Source: Eledone cirrhosa (taxonomy: Eukaryota). From it: a DNA stretch of 64,000 nucleotides. Below the pieces are notes generated by a model. The model did not search any database. It had not been told where the DNA came from and saw only the letters and a program-made list of their open reading frames with translations. The position numbers were made by a program, and so were the translations under genes. The stretch is taken from the NCBI GenBank assembly GCA_964016885.1, contig OZ024743.1:208568001-208632000 (forward strand), read 5' to 3'. Each line of letters opens with the position of its first letter. Position 1 is the stretch's first letter. This document shows positions 29,071 to 44,700 of this stretch, piece after piece.

Positions 29071-31600
29071 TAGCCACACATGAAAGCTCTTCACTCCATA
29101 AGATATACCACAATTTACCATCCTATAGCCACGCCACGGATGAAAGCTCTTCACTCCATAAGATATACCTCAGTTTACCATCCTATAGCCACAGATCAAA
29201 GCTCTTCACTCCATAAGATATACCACAGTTTACCATCCTATAGCCACACATGAAAGCTCTTCACTCCATAAGATATACCACAGTTTACCATCCTATAGCC
29301 ACAGATGAAAGCTCTTCACTCCATAAGATATACCACAGTTTACCATCCTATAGCCACACATGGAAGCTCTTCACTCCATGAGATATACCACAGTTTACCA
29401 TCCTATAGCCACACATGAAAGCTCTTCACTCCATAAGATATACCACAGTTTACCATCCTATAGCCAGATGAAAGCTCTTCACTCCATAAGATATACCACA
29501 GTTTACCATCCTATAGGCACACATGAAAGCTCTTCACTCCATAAGATATACCACAATTTACCATCCTATAGCCACACATGAAAGCTCTTCACTCAATAAG
29601 ATATACCACAGTTTACCATCCTATAGCCACAAATGAAAGCTCTTCACTCCATAAGATATACCAAAGTTTACCATCCTATAGCCAGATGAAAGCTCTTCAC
29701 TCCATAAGATATCCCACAGTTTACCATCCTATAGCCACACATGAAAGCTCTTCAGTCCACAAGATATAACACAGTTTACCATCCTATAGCCACAGATGAA
29801 AGCTCTTCACTCCATAAGATATACCACAGTTTACCATCCTATAGCCACACATGAAAGCTCTTCACTCCATAAGATATAACACAGTTTACCATCCTATAGT
29901 TACAGATGAAAGTTCTTCACCCCATGAGATATACTACAGTTTACCATCCTATAGCCACAGATGAAAGCTCTTCACTCCATAAGATATACGACAGTTTACC
30001 ATCCTATAGCCGCAGATGAAAGCTCTTCACTCCATAAGATATACCACAGTTTACCATCCTATGGCCACAGATGAAAGCTCTTCACTCACTAAGATATACC
30101 ACAGTTTACCATCCTATAGCCACACATGAAAGCTCTTCACTCCATAAGATATACCACAGTTTACCATCCTATAGCCACACATGAAAGCTCTTCACTCCAT
30201 AAGATATACCACAGTTTACCATCCTATAGCCAGATGAAAGCTCTTCACTCCATAAGATATACCACAGTTTACCATCCTATAGCCAGATGAAAGCACTTCA
30301 CTCCATAAGATATACCACAGTTTACCATCCTATGGCCACAGATGAAAGCTCTTCACTCCATAAGATATACCACAGTTTACCATCCTATAGCCGCAGATGA
30401 AAGCTCTTCACTCCATAAGATATACCACAGTTTACCATCCTATAGCCACACATGAAAGCTCTTCACTCCATAAGATATAACACAGTTTACCATCCTATAG
30501 TTACAGATGAAAGCTCTTCACCCCATAAGATATACTACAGTTTACCATCCTATAGCCACAGATGAAAGCTCTTCACTCCATAAGATATACCACAGTTTAC
30601 CATCCTATAGCCACACATTAAAGCTCTTCACTCCATAAGATATACGACAGTTTACCATCCTATAGCCGCAGATGAAAGCTCTTCACTCCATAAGATATAC
30701 CACAGTTTACCATCCTATGGCCACAGATGAAAGCTCTTCACTCACTAAGAGATACCACAGTTTACCATCCTATAGCCACACATGAAAGCTCTTCACTCCA
30801 TAAGATATACCACAGTTTACCATCCTATAGCCACACATGAAAGCTCTTCACTCCATAAGATATACCACAGTTTACCATCCTATAGCCAGATGAAAGCTCT
30901 TCACTCCATAAGATATACCACAGTTTACCATCCTATAGCCAGATGAAAGCTCTTCACTCCATAAGATATACCACAGTTTTCCATCCTATGGCCACAGATG
31001 AAAGCTCTTCACTCCATAAGATATACCACAGTTTACCATCCTATAGCCGCAGATGAAAGCTCTTCACTCCATAAGATATACCACAGTTTACCATCCTATG
31101 GCCACAGATGAAAGCTCTTCTCTCCATAAGATATACCACAGTTTACCATCCTATAGCCACACATGAAAGCTCTTCACTACATAAGATATACCACAGTTTA
31201 CCATCCTATAGCCAGATGAAAGCTCTTCACTCCATAAGATATACCACAGTTTACCATCCTATAGCCACAGATGAAAGCTCTTCACTCCATAACATATACT
31301 ACAGTTTACCATCCTATAGCCACACATGAACGCTCTTCACTCAATAAGATATACCACAGTTTACCATCCTATAGCCACAAATGAAAGCTCTTCACTCCAT
31401 AAGATCTACCACAGTTTACCATCCTATAGCCACACATGAGAGCTCTTCACTCCATAAGATATACCACAGTTTACCATCCTATAGCCACACATGAAAGCTC
31501 TTCACTCCATGAGATATACCACAGTTTACCATCCTATAGCCACACATGAAAGCTCTTCACTCCATAAGATATACCACAGTTTACCATCCTATAGCCACAC
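26560..31600 (+). repeat. Tandem 2521-bp (about 46-monomer) block duplication
   Basis: ORF pairs 26504/29025, 26839/29360, 27057/29578 and 28587/31108. Marker CACTCACTAAG lies at 27562/30083 and 28218/30739. Confidence 0.85.
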
Positions 31601-34600
31601 ATGGTAGCTCTTCACTCCATGAGATATATCACAGTTTACCATCCTATAGCCACAGATGAAAACTGTTCACTCCATAAGATATACCACAGTTTACCATCCT
31701 ATAGCCACAGATGAAAACTGTTCACTCCATAAGATATACCACAGTTTACCATCCTATAGCCACAGATGAAAGCTCTTCACTCCATAAGATATACCACAGT
31801 TTACCATCCTATAGCCACACATGGAAGCTCTTCACTCCATAAGATATACCACAGTTTACCATCATATAGCCACACATGAAAGCTCTTCACTCCATAAGAT
31901 ATACCACAGTTTACCATCCTATAGCCAGATGAAAGCTCTTCACTCCATAAGATATCCCACAGTTTACCATCCTATAGCCACACATGAAAGCTCTTCAGTC
32001 CACAAGATATAACACAGTTTACCATCCTATAGCCACAGATGAAAGCTCTTCACTCCATAAGATATACAAACAGTTTACCATCCTATAGCCACACATGAAA
32101 GCTCTTCACTCCATAAGATATAACACAGTTTACCATCCTATGGTTACAGATGAAAGCTCTTCACCCCATAAGATATACTACAGTTTACCATCCTATAGCC
32201 ACAGATGAAATCTCTTCACTCCATAAGATATACGACAGTTTACCATCCTATAGCCGCAGATGAAAGCTCTTCACTCCATAAGATATACCACAGTTTACCA
32301 TCCTATGGCCACAGATGAAAGCTCTTCACTCCCTAAGATATACCACAGTTTACCATCCTATAGCCACACATGAAAGCTCTTCACTCCATAAGATATACCA
32401 CAGTTTAACATCCTATAGCCACACATGAAAGCTCTTCACTCCATAAGATATACCACAGTTTACCATCCTATAGCTAGATGAAAGCTCTTCACTCCATAAG
32501 ATATAGCACAGTTTACCATCCTATAGCCAGATGAAAGCTCTTCACTCCATAAGATATACCACAGTTTACCATCCTCTGGCCACAGATGAAAGCTCTTCAC
32601 TCCATAAGATATACCACAGTTTACCATCCTATAGCCGCAGATGAAAGCTCTTCACTCCATAAGATATACCACAGTTTACCATCCTATGGCCACAGATGAA
32701 AGCTCTTCACTCCATAAGATATACCACAGTTTACCATCCTATAGCCACACATGAAAGCTCTTCACTCCATAAGATATACCACAGTTTACCATCCTATAGC
32801 CAGATGAAAGCTCTTCACTCCATAAGATATACCACAGTTTACCACCCTATAGCCACAGATGAACGCTCTTCACTCAATAAGATACACCACAGTTTACCAT
32901 CCTATAGCCACAAATGAAAGCTCTTCATTCCATAAGATATACCACAGTTTACCATCCTAGAGCCACACATGAGAGCTCTTCACTCCATAAGATATACCAC
33001 AGTTTACCATCCTATAGCCACAGATGAAAGCTCTTCACTCCATCAGATATACCACAGTTTACCATCCTATAGCCAGATGAAAGCTCTTCACTCCATAAGA
33101 TATACCACAGTTTACCATCCTATAGCCACACATGAAAGCTCTTCACTCCATAAGATATACCACAGTTTACCATCCTATAGCCACACATGAAAGCTCTTCA
33201 CTCCATAAGATATACCACAGTTTACCATCCTATAGCCACACATGAAAGCTCTTCACTCCATAAGATATAACACAGTTTACCATCCTATAGTTACAGATGA
33301 AAGCTCTTCACTCCATAAGATATACGACAGTTTACCATCCTATAGCCTCAGATGAAAGCTCTTCACTCCATAAGATATACCACAGTTTACCATCCTATAG
33401 CCACAGATGAAAGCTCTTCACTCCATAAGATATACCACAGTTTACCATCCTATAGCCAAACATGAAAGCTCTTCACTCCATGAGATATACCACAGTTTAC
33501 AATCCTATAGCCACAGATGAAAGCTCTTCACTCCATAAGATATACCACAGTTTACCATCCTATAGCCACACATGGAAGCTCTTCACTCCATGAGATATAC
33601 CACAGTTTACCATCCTATAGCCACACATGAAAGCTCTTCACTCCATAAGATATACCACAGTTTACCATCCTATAGCCAGATGAAAGCTCTTCACTCCATA
33701 AGATATACCACAGTTTACCATCCTATAGCCACACATGAAAGCTCTTCACTCCATCAGATATACCACAATTTACCATCCTATAGCCACACATGAGAGATCT
33801 TCACTCAATAAGATATACCACAGTTTACCATCCTATAGCCACAAATGAAAGCTCTTCACTCCATAAGATATACCACAGTTTACCATCCTATAGCCACACA
33901 TGAAAGCTCTTCACTCCATGAGATATACCACAGTTTACCATCCTATAGCCACACATGAAAGCTCTTCACACCATAAGATATACCACAGTTTACCATCCTA
34001 TAGCCACACATGGAAGCTCTTCACTCCATGAGATATACCACAGTTTACCATCCTAGAGTCACACATGAGAGTTCTTCACTCCATAAGATATACCACAGTT
34101 TACCATCCTATAGCCACACATGAAAGCTCTTCACTCCATATGATATACCACAGTTTACCATCCTATAGCCACAGATGAAAGCTATTCACTCTATAAGATA
34201 TACAACAGTTTACCATCCTATAGCCAGATGAAAGCTCTTCACTCCATAAGATATACCACAGTTTACCATCCTATAGCCACAGATGAAAGCTCTTCACTCC
34301 ATAAGATATACCACAATTTACCATCCTATAGCCACGCCACGGATGAAAGCTCTTCACTCCATAAGATATACCACAGTTTACCATCCTATAGCCACACATG
34401 GAAGCTCTTCACTCCATGAGATATACCACAGTTTACCATCCTATAGCCACACATGAAAGCTCTTCACTCCATAAGATATACCACAGTTTACCATCCTATA
34501 GCCAGATGAAATCTCTTCACTCCATAAGATATACCACAGTTTACCATCCTATAGGCACACATGAAAGCTCTTCACTCCATAAGATATACCACAATTTACC

Positions 34601-37600
34601 ATCCTATAGCCACACATGAAAGCTCTTCACTCAATAAGATATACCACAGTTTACCATCCTATAGCCACAAATGAAAGCTCTTCACTCCATAAGATATACC
34701 AAAGTTTACCATCCTATAGCCAGATGAAAGCTCTTCACTCCATAAGATATCCCACAGTTTACCATCCTATAGCCACACATGAAAGCTCTTCAGTCCACAA
34801 GATATAACACAGTTTACCATCCTATAGCCACAGATGAAAGCTCTTCACTCCATAAGATATACCACAGTTTACCATCCTATAGCCACACATGAAAGCTCTT
34901 CACTCCATAAGATATAACACAGTTTACCATCCTATAGTTACAGATGAAAGCTCTTCACCCCATGAGATATACTACAGTTTACCATCCTATAGCCACAGAT
35001 GAAAGCTCTTCACTCCATAAGATATACGACAGTTTACCATCCTATAGCCGCAGATGAAAGCTCTTCACTCCATAAGATATACCACAGTTTACCATCCTAT
35101 GGCCACAGATGAAAGCTCTTCACTCACTAAGATATACCACAGTTTACCATCCTATAGCCACACATGAAAGCTCTTCACTCCATAAGATATACCACAGTTT
35201 ACCATCCTATAGCCACACATGAAAGCTCTTCACTCCATAAGATATACCACAGTTTACCATCCTATAGCCAGATGAAAGCTCTTCACTCCATAAGATATAC
35301 CACAGTTTACCATCCTATAGCCAGATGAAAGCACTTCACTCCATAAGATATACCACAGTTTACCATCCTATGGCCACAGATGAAAGCTCTTCACTCCATA
35401 AGATATACCACAGTTTACCATCCTATAGCCGCAGATGAAAGCTCTTCACTCCATAAGATATACCACAGTTTACCATCCTATAGCCACACATGAAAGCTCT
35501 TCACTCCATAAGATATAACACAGTTTACCATCCTATAGTTACAGATGAAAGCTCTTCACCCCATAAGATATACTACAGTTTACCATCCTATAGCCACAGA
35601 TGAAAGCTCTTCACTCCATAAGATATACCACAGTTTACCATCCTATAGCCACACATTAAAGCTCTTCACTCCATAAGATATACGACAGTTTACCATCCTA
35701 TAGCCGCAGATGAAAGCTCTTCACTCCATAAGATATACCACAGTTTACCATCCTATGGCCACAGATGAAAGCTCTTCACTCACTAAGATATACCACAGTT
35801 TACCATCCTATAGCCACACATGAAAGCTCTTCACTCCATAAGATATACCACAGTTTACCATCCTATAGCCACACATGAAAGCTCTTCACTCCATAAGATA
35901 TACCACAGTTTACCATCCTATAGCCAGATGAAAGCTCTTCACTCCATAAGATATACCACAGTTTACCATCCTATAGCCAGATGAAAGCTCTTCACTCCAT
36001 AAGATATACCACAGTTTACCATCCTATGGCCACAGATGAAAGCTCTTCACTCGATAAGATATACCACAGTTTACCATCCTATAGCCGCAGATGAAAGCTC
36101 TTCACTCCATAAGATATACCACAGTTTACCATCCTATGGCCACAGATGAAAGCTCTTCACTCCATAAGATATACCACAGTTTACCATCCTATAGCCACAC
36201 ATGAAAGCTCTTCACTACATAAGATATACCACAGTTTACCATCCTATAGCCAGATGAAAGCTCTTCACTCCATAAGATATACCACAGTTTACCATCCTAT
36301 AGCCACAGATGAAAGCTCTTCACTCCATAACATATACTACAGTTTACCATCCTATAGCCTAACATGAACGCTCTTCACTCAATAAGATATACCACAGTTT
36401 ACCATCCTATAGCCACAAATGAAAGCTCTTCACTCCATAAGATCTACCACAGTTTACCATCCTATAGCCACACATGAGAGCTCTTCACTCCATAAGATAT
36501 ACCACAGTTTACCATCCTATAGCCACACATGAAAGCTCTTCACTCCATGAGATATACCACAGTTTACCATCCTATAGCCACACATGAAAGCTCTTCACTC
36601 CATAAGATATACCACAGTTTACCATCCTATAGCCACACATGGAAGCTCTTCACTCCATGAGATATATCACAGTTTCCCATCCTATAGCCACACATGAAAG
36701 CTCTTCACTCCATAAGATATACCACAGTTTACCATCCTATAGCCAGATGAAAGCTCTTCACTCCATAAGATATACCACAGTTTACCATCCTATAGCCACA
36801 CATGAAAGCTCTTCACTCCATCAGATATACCACAATTTACCATCCTATAGCCACACATGAAAGCTCTTCACTCCATAAGATATACCACAGTTTACCATCC
36901 TATAGCCACAAATGAAAGCTCTTCACTCCATAAGATATACCACAGTTTACCATCCTATAGCCACACATGAAAGCTCTTCACTCCATAAGATATACCACAG
37001 TTTACCATCCTATAGCCAGATGAAAGCTCTTCACTCCATAAGATATACCACAGTTTACCATCCTATAGCCACACATGAAAGCTCTTCACTCCATAAGATA
37101 TACCACAATTTACCATCCTATAGCCACACATGAAAGCTCTTCACACCATAAGATATACCACAGTTTACCATCCTATAGCCACACATGGAAGCTCTTCACT
37201 CCATGAGATATACCACAGTTTACCATCCTAGAGTCACACATGAGAGTTCTTCACTCCATAAGATATACCACAGTTTACCATCCTATAGCCACACATGAAA
37301 GCTCTTCACTCCATATGATATACCACAGTTTACCATCCTATAGCCACAGATGAAAGCTATTCACTCTATAAGATATACAACAGTTTACCATCCTATAGCC
37401 AGATGAAAGCTCTTCACTCCATAAGATATACCACAGTTTACCATCCTATAGCCACAGATGAAAGCTCTTCACTCCATAAGATATACCACAATTTACCATC
37501 CTATAGCCACGCCACGGATGAAAGCTCTTCACTCCATAAGATATACCTCAGTTTACCATCCTATAGCCACAGATCAAAGCTCTTCACTCCATAAGATATA

Positions 37601-38757
37601 CCACAGTTTACCATCCTATAGCCACACATGAAAGCTCTTCACTCCATAAGATATACCACAGTTTACCATCCTATAGCCACAGATGAAAGCTCTTCACTCC
37701 ATAAGATATACCACAGTTTACCATCCTATAGCCACACATGGAAGCTCTTCACTACATGAGATATACCACAGTTTACCATCCTATAGCCACACATGAAAGC
37801 TCTTCACTCCATAAGATATACCACAGTTTACCATCCTATAGCCAGATGAAATCTCTTCACTCCATAAGATATACCACAGTTTACCATCCTATAGGCACAC
37901 ATGAAAGCTCTTCACTCCATAAGATATACCACAATTTACCATCCTATAGCCACACATGAAAGCTCTTCACTCAATAAGATATACCACAGTTTACCATCCT
38001 ATAGCCACAAATGAAAGCTCTTCACTCCATAAGATATACCAAAGTTTACCATCCTATAGCCAGATGAAAGCTCTTCACTCCATAAGATATCCCACAGTTT
38101 ACCATCCTATAGCCACACATGAAAGCTCTTCAGTCCACAAGATATAACACAGTTTACCATCCTATAGCCACAGATGAAAGCTCTTCACTCCATTAGATAT
38201 ACCACAGTTTACCATCCTATAGCCACACATGAAAGCTCTTCACTCCATAAGATATAACACAGTTTACCATCCTATAGTTACAGGTGAAAGCTCTTCACCC
38301 CATGAGATATACTACAGTTTACCATCCTATAGCCACAGATGAAAGCTCTTCACTCCATAAGATATACGACAGTTTACCATCCTATAGCCGCAGATGAAAG
38401 CTCTTCACTCCATAAGATATACCACAGTTTACCATCCTATGGCCACAGATGAAAGCTCTTCACTCACTAAGATATACCACAGTTTACCATCCTATAGCCA
38501 CACATGAAAGCTCTTCACTCCATAAGATATACCACAGTTTACCATCCTATAGCCACACATGAAAGCTCTTCACTCCATAAGATATACCACAGTTTACCAT
38601 CCTATAGCCAGATGAAAGCTCTTCACTCCATAAGATATACCACAGTTTACCATCCTATAGCCAGATGAAAGCACTTCACTCCATAAGATATACCACAGTT
38701 TACCATCCTATGGCCACAGATGAAAGCTCTTCACTCCATAAGATATACCACAGTTTA

Positions 38758-41720
38758 CCATCCTATAGCCGCAGATGAAAGCTCTTCACTCCATAAGATA
38801 TACCACAGTTTACCATCCTATAGCCACACATGAAAGCTCTTCACTCCATAAGATATAACACAGTTTACCATCCTATAGTTACAGATGAAAGCTCTTCACC
38901 CCATAAGATATACTACAGTTTACCATCCTATAGCCACAGATGAAAGCTCTTCACTCCATAAGATATACCACAGTTTACCATCCTATAGCCACACATTAAA
39001 GCTCTTCACTCCATAAGATATACGACAGTTTACCATCCTATAGCCGCAGATGAAAGCTCTTCACTCCATAAGATATACCACAGTTTACCATCCTATGGCC
39101 ACAGATGAAAGCTCTTCACTCACTAAGATATACCACAGTTTACCATCCTATAGCCACACATGAAAGCTCTTCACTCCATAAGATATACCACAGTTTACCA
39201 TCCTATAGCCACACATGAAAGCTCTTCACTCCATAAGATATACCACAGTTTACCATCCTATAGCCAGATGAAAGCTCTTCACTCCATAAGATATACCACA
39301 GTTTACCATCCTATAGCCAGATGAAAGCTCTTCACTCCATAAGATATACCACAGTTTACCATCCTATGGCCACAGATGAAAGCTCTTCACTCCATAAGAT
39401 ATACCACAGTTTACCATCCTATAGCCGCAGATGAAAGCTCTTCACTCCATAAGATATACCACAGTTTACCATCCTATGGCCACAGATGAAAGCTCTTCAC
39501 TCCATAAGATATACCACAGTTTACCATCCTATAGCCACACATGAAAGCTCTTCACTCCATAAGATATAACACAGTTTACCATCCTATAGCCACAGATGAA
39601 AGCTCTTCACTCCATAAGATATACCACAGTTTACCATCCTATAACCATAGATGAAAGCTGTTCACTCCATAAGATATACCACAGTTTACCATCTTATAGC
39701 CACACATGAAAGCTCTATACTCCATAAGATATACCACAGTTTACCATCCTATAGCCACACATGGAAGCTCTTCACTCCATGAGATATACCACAGTTTACC
39801 ATCCTATAGCCACACATGAAAGCTTTTCATTCCATAAGATATACCACAGTTTACCATCCTATAGCCAGATGAAAGCTCTTCACTCCATAAGATATACCAC
39901 AGTTTACCATCCTATACCCAGATGAAAGCTCTTCACTCAATAAGATATACCACAATCTACCATCCTATAGCCACAGATGAAAGCTCTTCACTCCATCAGA
40001 TATACCACAGTTTACCATCCTATAGCCAGATGAAAGCTCTTCACTCCATAAGATATACCACAGTTTACCATCCTATAGCCACACATGAAAGCTCTTCACT
40101 CCATAAGATATACCACAGTTTACCATCCTATAGCCACACATGAAAGCTCTTCACTCCATAAGATATACCACAGTTTACCATCCTATAGCCACAGATGAAA
40201 GCTCTTCACTCCATAAGATATACCACAGTTAACCATCCTATAGCCGCAGATGAAAGCTCTTCACTCCATAAGATATACCACAGTTTACCATCCTATAGCC
40301 ACACATGAAAGCTCTTCACTCCATAAGATATAACACAGTTTACCATCCTATAGTTACAGATGAAAGCTCTTCACCCCATAAGATATACTACAGTTTACCA
40401 TCCTATAGCCACAGATGAAAGCTCTTCACTCCATAAGATATACCACAGTTTACCATCCTATAGCCACACATTAAAGCTCTTCACTCCATAAGATATACGA
40501 CAGTTTACCATCCTATAGCCGCAGATGAAAGCTCTTCACTCCATAAGATATACCACAGTTTACCATCCTATGGCCACAGATGAAAGCTCTTCACTCACTA
40601 AGATATACCACAGTTTACCATCCTATAGCCACACATGAAAGCTCTTCACTCCATAAGATATACCACAGTTTACCATCCTATAGCCACACATGAAAGCTCT
40701 TCACTCCATAAGATATACCACAGTTTACCATCCTATAGCCAGATGAAAGCTCTTCACTCCATAAGATATACCACAGTTTACCATCCTATAGCCAGATGAA
40801 AGCTCTTCACTCCATAAGATATACCACAGTTTACCATCCTATGGCCACAGATGAAAGCTCTTCACTCCATAAGATATACCACAGTTTACCATCCTATAGC
40901 CGCAGATGAAAGCTCTTCACTCCATAAGATATACCACAGTTTACCATCCTATGGCCACAGATGAAAGCTCTTCACTCCATAAGATATACCACAGTTTACC
41001 ATCCTATAGCCACACATGAAAGCTCTTCACTCCATAAGATATAACACAGTTTACCATCCTATAGCCACAGATGAAAGCTCTTCACTCCATAAGATATACC
41101 ACAGTTTACCATCCTATAACCATAGATGAAAGCTGTTCACTCCATAAGATATACCACAGTTTACCATCTTATAGCCACACATGAAAGCTCTATACTCCAT
41201 AAGATATACCACAGTTTACCATCCTATAGCCACACATGGAAGCTCTTCACTCCATGAGATATACCACAGTTTACCATCCTATAGCCACACATGAAAGCTT
41301 TTCATTCCATAAGATATACCACAGTTTACCATCCTATAGCCAGATGAAAGCTCTTCACTCCATAAGATATACCACAGTTTACCATCCTATAGCCAGATGA
41401 AAGCTCTTCACTCCATAAGATATACCACAATCTACCATCCTATAGCCACAGATGAAAGCTCTTCACTCCATCAGATATACCACAGTTTACCATCCTATAG
41501 CCAGATGAAAGCTCTTCACTCCATAAGATATACCACAGTTTACCATCCTATAGCCACACATGAAAGCTCTTCACTCCATAAGATATACCACAGTTTACCA
41601 TCCTATAGCCACACATGAAAGCTCTTCACTCCATAAGATATACCACAGTTTACCATCCTATAGCCACAGATGAAAGCTCTTCACTCCATAAGATATACCA
41701 CAGTTAACCATCCTATAGCC
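38758..41720 (+). repeat. Tandem 1475-bp (27-monomer) block duplication
   Basis: Markers ACACATTAAA at 38991/40466, CACTCACTAAG at 39117/40592, ATAACCATAG at 39641/41116 and CAGTTAACC at 40226/41701, plus ORF pair 39922/41397. Confidence 0.9.
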
Positions 41721-44700
41721 CCAGATGAAAGCTCTTCACTCCACAACATATACCACAGTTTCCCATCCTATAGCCACACATGAGAGCTCTTCACTCCATA
41801 AGATATACCACAGTTTACCATCCTATAACCACACATGAAAGCTCTTCACTCCATAAGATATACCACAGTTTACCATCCGATAGCCACACATGAAAGCTCT
41901 TCACTCCATAAGATATACCACAGTTTACCATCCTATAGCCAGATGAAAGCTTTTCAATCCATAAGATATACCACAGTTTACCATCCTATAGCCACACATG
42001 AAAGCTCTTCACTCCATAAGATATACCACAGTTTACTATCCTATAGTCACACATGAAAGCTCTTCACTCCAGAAGATATACCACAGTTTACCATCCTATG
42101 GCCACAGATGAAAGCTCTTCACTCCATAAGATATACCACAGTTTACCATCCTATAGCCACAGATGAAAGCTCTTCATTCTATAAGATATACCACAGTTTA
42201 CCATCCTATAGCCACACATGAACGCTCTTCACTCCATAAGATATACCACAGTTTACCATCCTATAGCCACGCATGAAAGCTCTTCACTCCATAAGATATA
42301 CCACAGTTTACCATCCTATAGCCACACATGAAAGCTCTTCACTCCATAAGATATACCACAGTTTACCATCCTATAGCCACACATGAAAGCTCTTCACTCC
42401 ATATGATATACCACAGTTTACCATCCTATAGCCACAGATGAAAGCTATTCACTCTATAAGATATACAACAGTTTACCATCCTATAGCCAGATGAAAGCTC
42501 TTCACTCCATAAGATATACCACAGTTTACCATCCTATAGCCACAGATGAAAGCTCTTCACTCCATAAGATATACCACAATTTACCATCCTATAGCCACGC
42601 CACGGATGAAAGCTCTTCACTCCATAAGATATACCTCAGTTTACCATCCTATAGCCACAGATCAAAGCTCTTCACTCCATAAGATATACCACAGTTTACC
42701 ATCCTATAGCCACACATGAAAGCTCTTCACTCCATAAGATATACCACAGTTTACCATCCTATAGCCACAGATGAAAGCTCTTCACTCCATAAGATATACC
42801 ACAGTTTACCATCCTATAGCCACACATGGAAGCTCTTCACTCCATGAGATATACCACAGTTTACCATCCTATAGCCACACATGAAAGCTCTTCAGTCCAC
42901 AAGATATAACACAGTTTACCATCCTATAGCCACAGATGAAAGCTCTTCACTCCATAAGATATACCACAGTTTACCATCCTATAGCCACACATGAAAGCTC
43001 TTCACTCCATAAGATATAACACAGTTTACCATCCTATAGTTACAGATGAAAGCTCTTCACCCCATGAGATATACTACAGTTTACCATCCTATAGCCACAG
43101 ATGAAAGCTCTTCACTCCATAAGATATACGACAGTTTACCATCCTATAGCCGCAGATGAAAGCTCTTCACTCCATAAGATATACCACAGTTTACCATCCT
43201 ATGGCCACAGATGAAAGCTCTTCACTCACTAAGATATACCACAGTTTACCATCCTATAGCCACACATGAAAGCTCTTCACTCCATAAGATATACCACAGT
43301 TTACCATCCTATAGCCACACATGAAAGCTCTTCACTCCATAAGATATACCACAGTTTACCATCCTATAGCCAGATGAAAGCTCTTCACTCCATAAGATAT
43401 ACCACAGTTTACCATCCTATAGCCAGATGAAAGCACTTCACTCCATAAGATATACCACAGTTTACCATCCTATGGCCACAGATGAAAGCTCTTCACTCCA
43501 TAAGATATACCACAGTTTACCATCCTATAGCCGCAGATGAAAGCTCTTCACTCCATAAGATATACCACAGTTTACCATCCTATAGCCACACATGAAAGCT
43601 CTTCACTCCATAAGATATAACACAGTTTACCATCCTATAGTTACAGATGAAAGCTCTTCACCCCATAAGATATACTACAGTTTACCATCCTATAGCCACA
43701 GATGAAAGCTCTTCACTCCATAAGATATACCACAGTTTACCATCCTATAGCCACACATTAAAGCTCTTCACTCCATAAGATATACGACAGTTTACCATCC
43801 TATAGCCGCAGATGAAAGCTCTTCACTCCATAAGATATACCACAGTTTACCATCCTATGGCCACAGATGAAAGCTCTTCACTCACTAAGATATACCACAG
43901 TTTACCATCCTATAGCCACACATGAAAGCTCTTCACTCCATAAGATATACCACAGTTTACCATCCTATAGCCACACATGAAAGCTCTTCACTCCATAAGA
44001 TATACCACAGTTTACCATCCTATAGCCAGATGAAAGCTCTTCACTCCATAAGATATACCACAGTTTACCATCCTATAGCCAGATGAAAGCTCTTCACTCC
44101 ATAAGATATACCACAGTTTACCATCCTATGGCCACAGATGAAAGCTCTTCACTCCATAAGATATACCACAGTTTACCATCCTATAGCCGCAGATGAAAGC
44201 TCTTCACTCCATAAGATATACCACAGTTTACCATCCTATGGCCACAGATGAAAGCTCTTCACTCCATAAGATATACCACAGTTTACCATCCTATAGCCAC
44301 ACATGAAAGCTCTTCACTCCATAAGATATAACACAGTTTACCATCCTATAGCCACAGATGAAAGCTCTTCACTCCATAAGATATACCACAGTTTACCATC
44401 CTATAACCATAGATGAAAGCTGTTCACTCCATAAGATATACCACAGTTTACCATCTTATAGCCACACATGAAAGCTCTATACTCCATAAGATATACCACA
44501 GTTTACCATCCTATAGCCACACATGGAAGCTCTTCACTCCATGAGATATACCACAGTTTACCATCCTATAGCCACACATGAAAGCTTTTCATTCCATAAG
44601 ATATACCACAGTTTACCATCCTATAGCCAGATGAAAGCTCTTCACTCCATAAGATATACCACAGTTTACCATCCTATACCCAGATGAAAGCTCTTCACTC

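Noticed and set aside
19795-32075. Singleton 1-bp indels (GATATACACAG about 19797; GATATACAAACAG about 32067)
   Set aside because: Each is seen once and is absent from paralogous blocks, so it cannot be distinguished from consensus error without reads.
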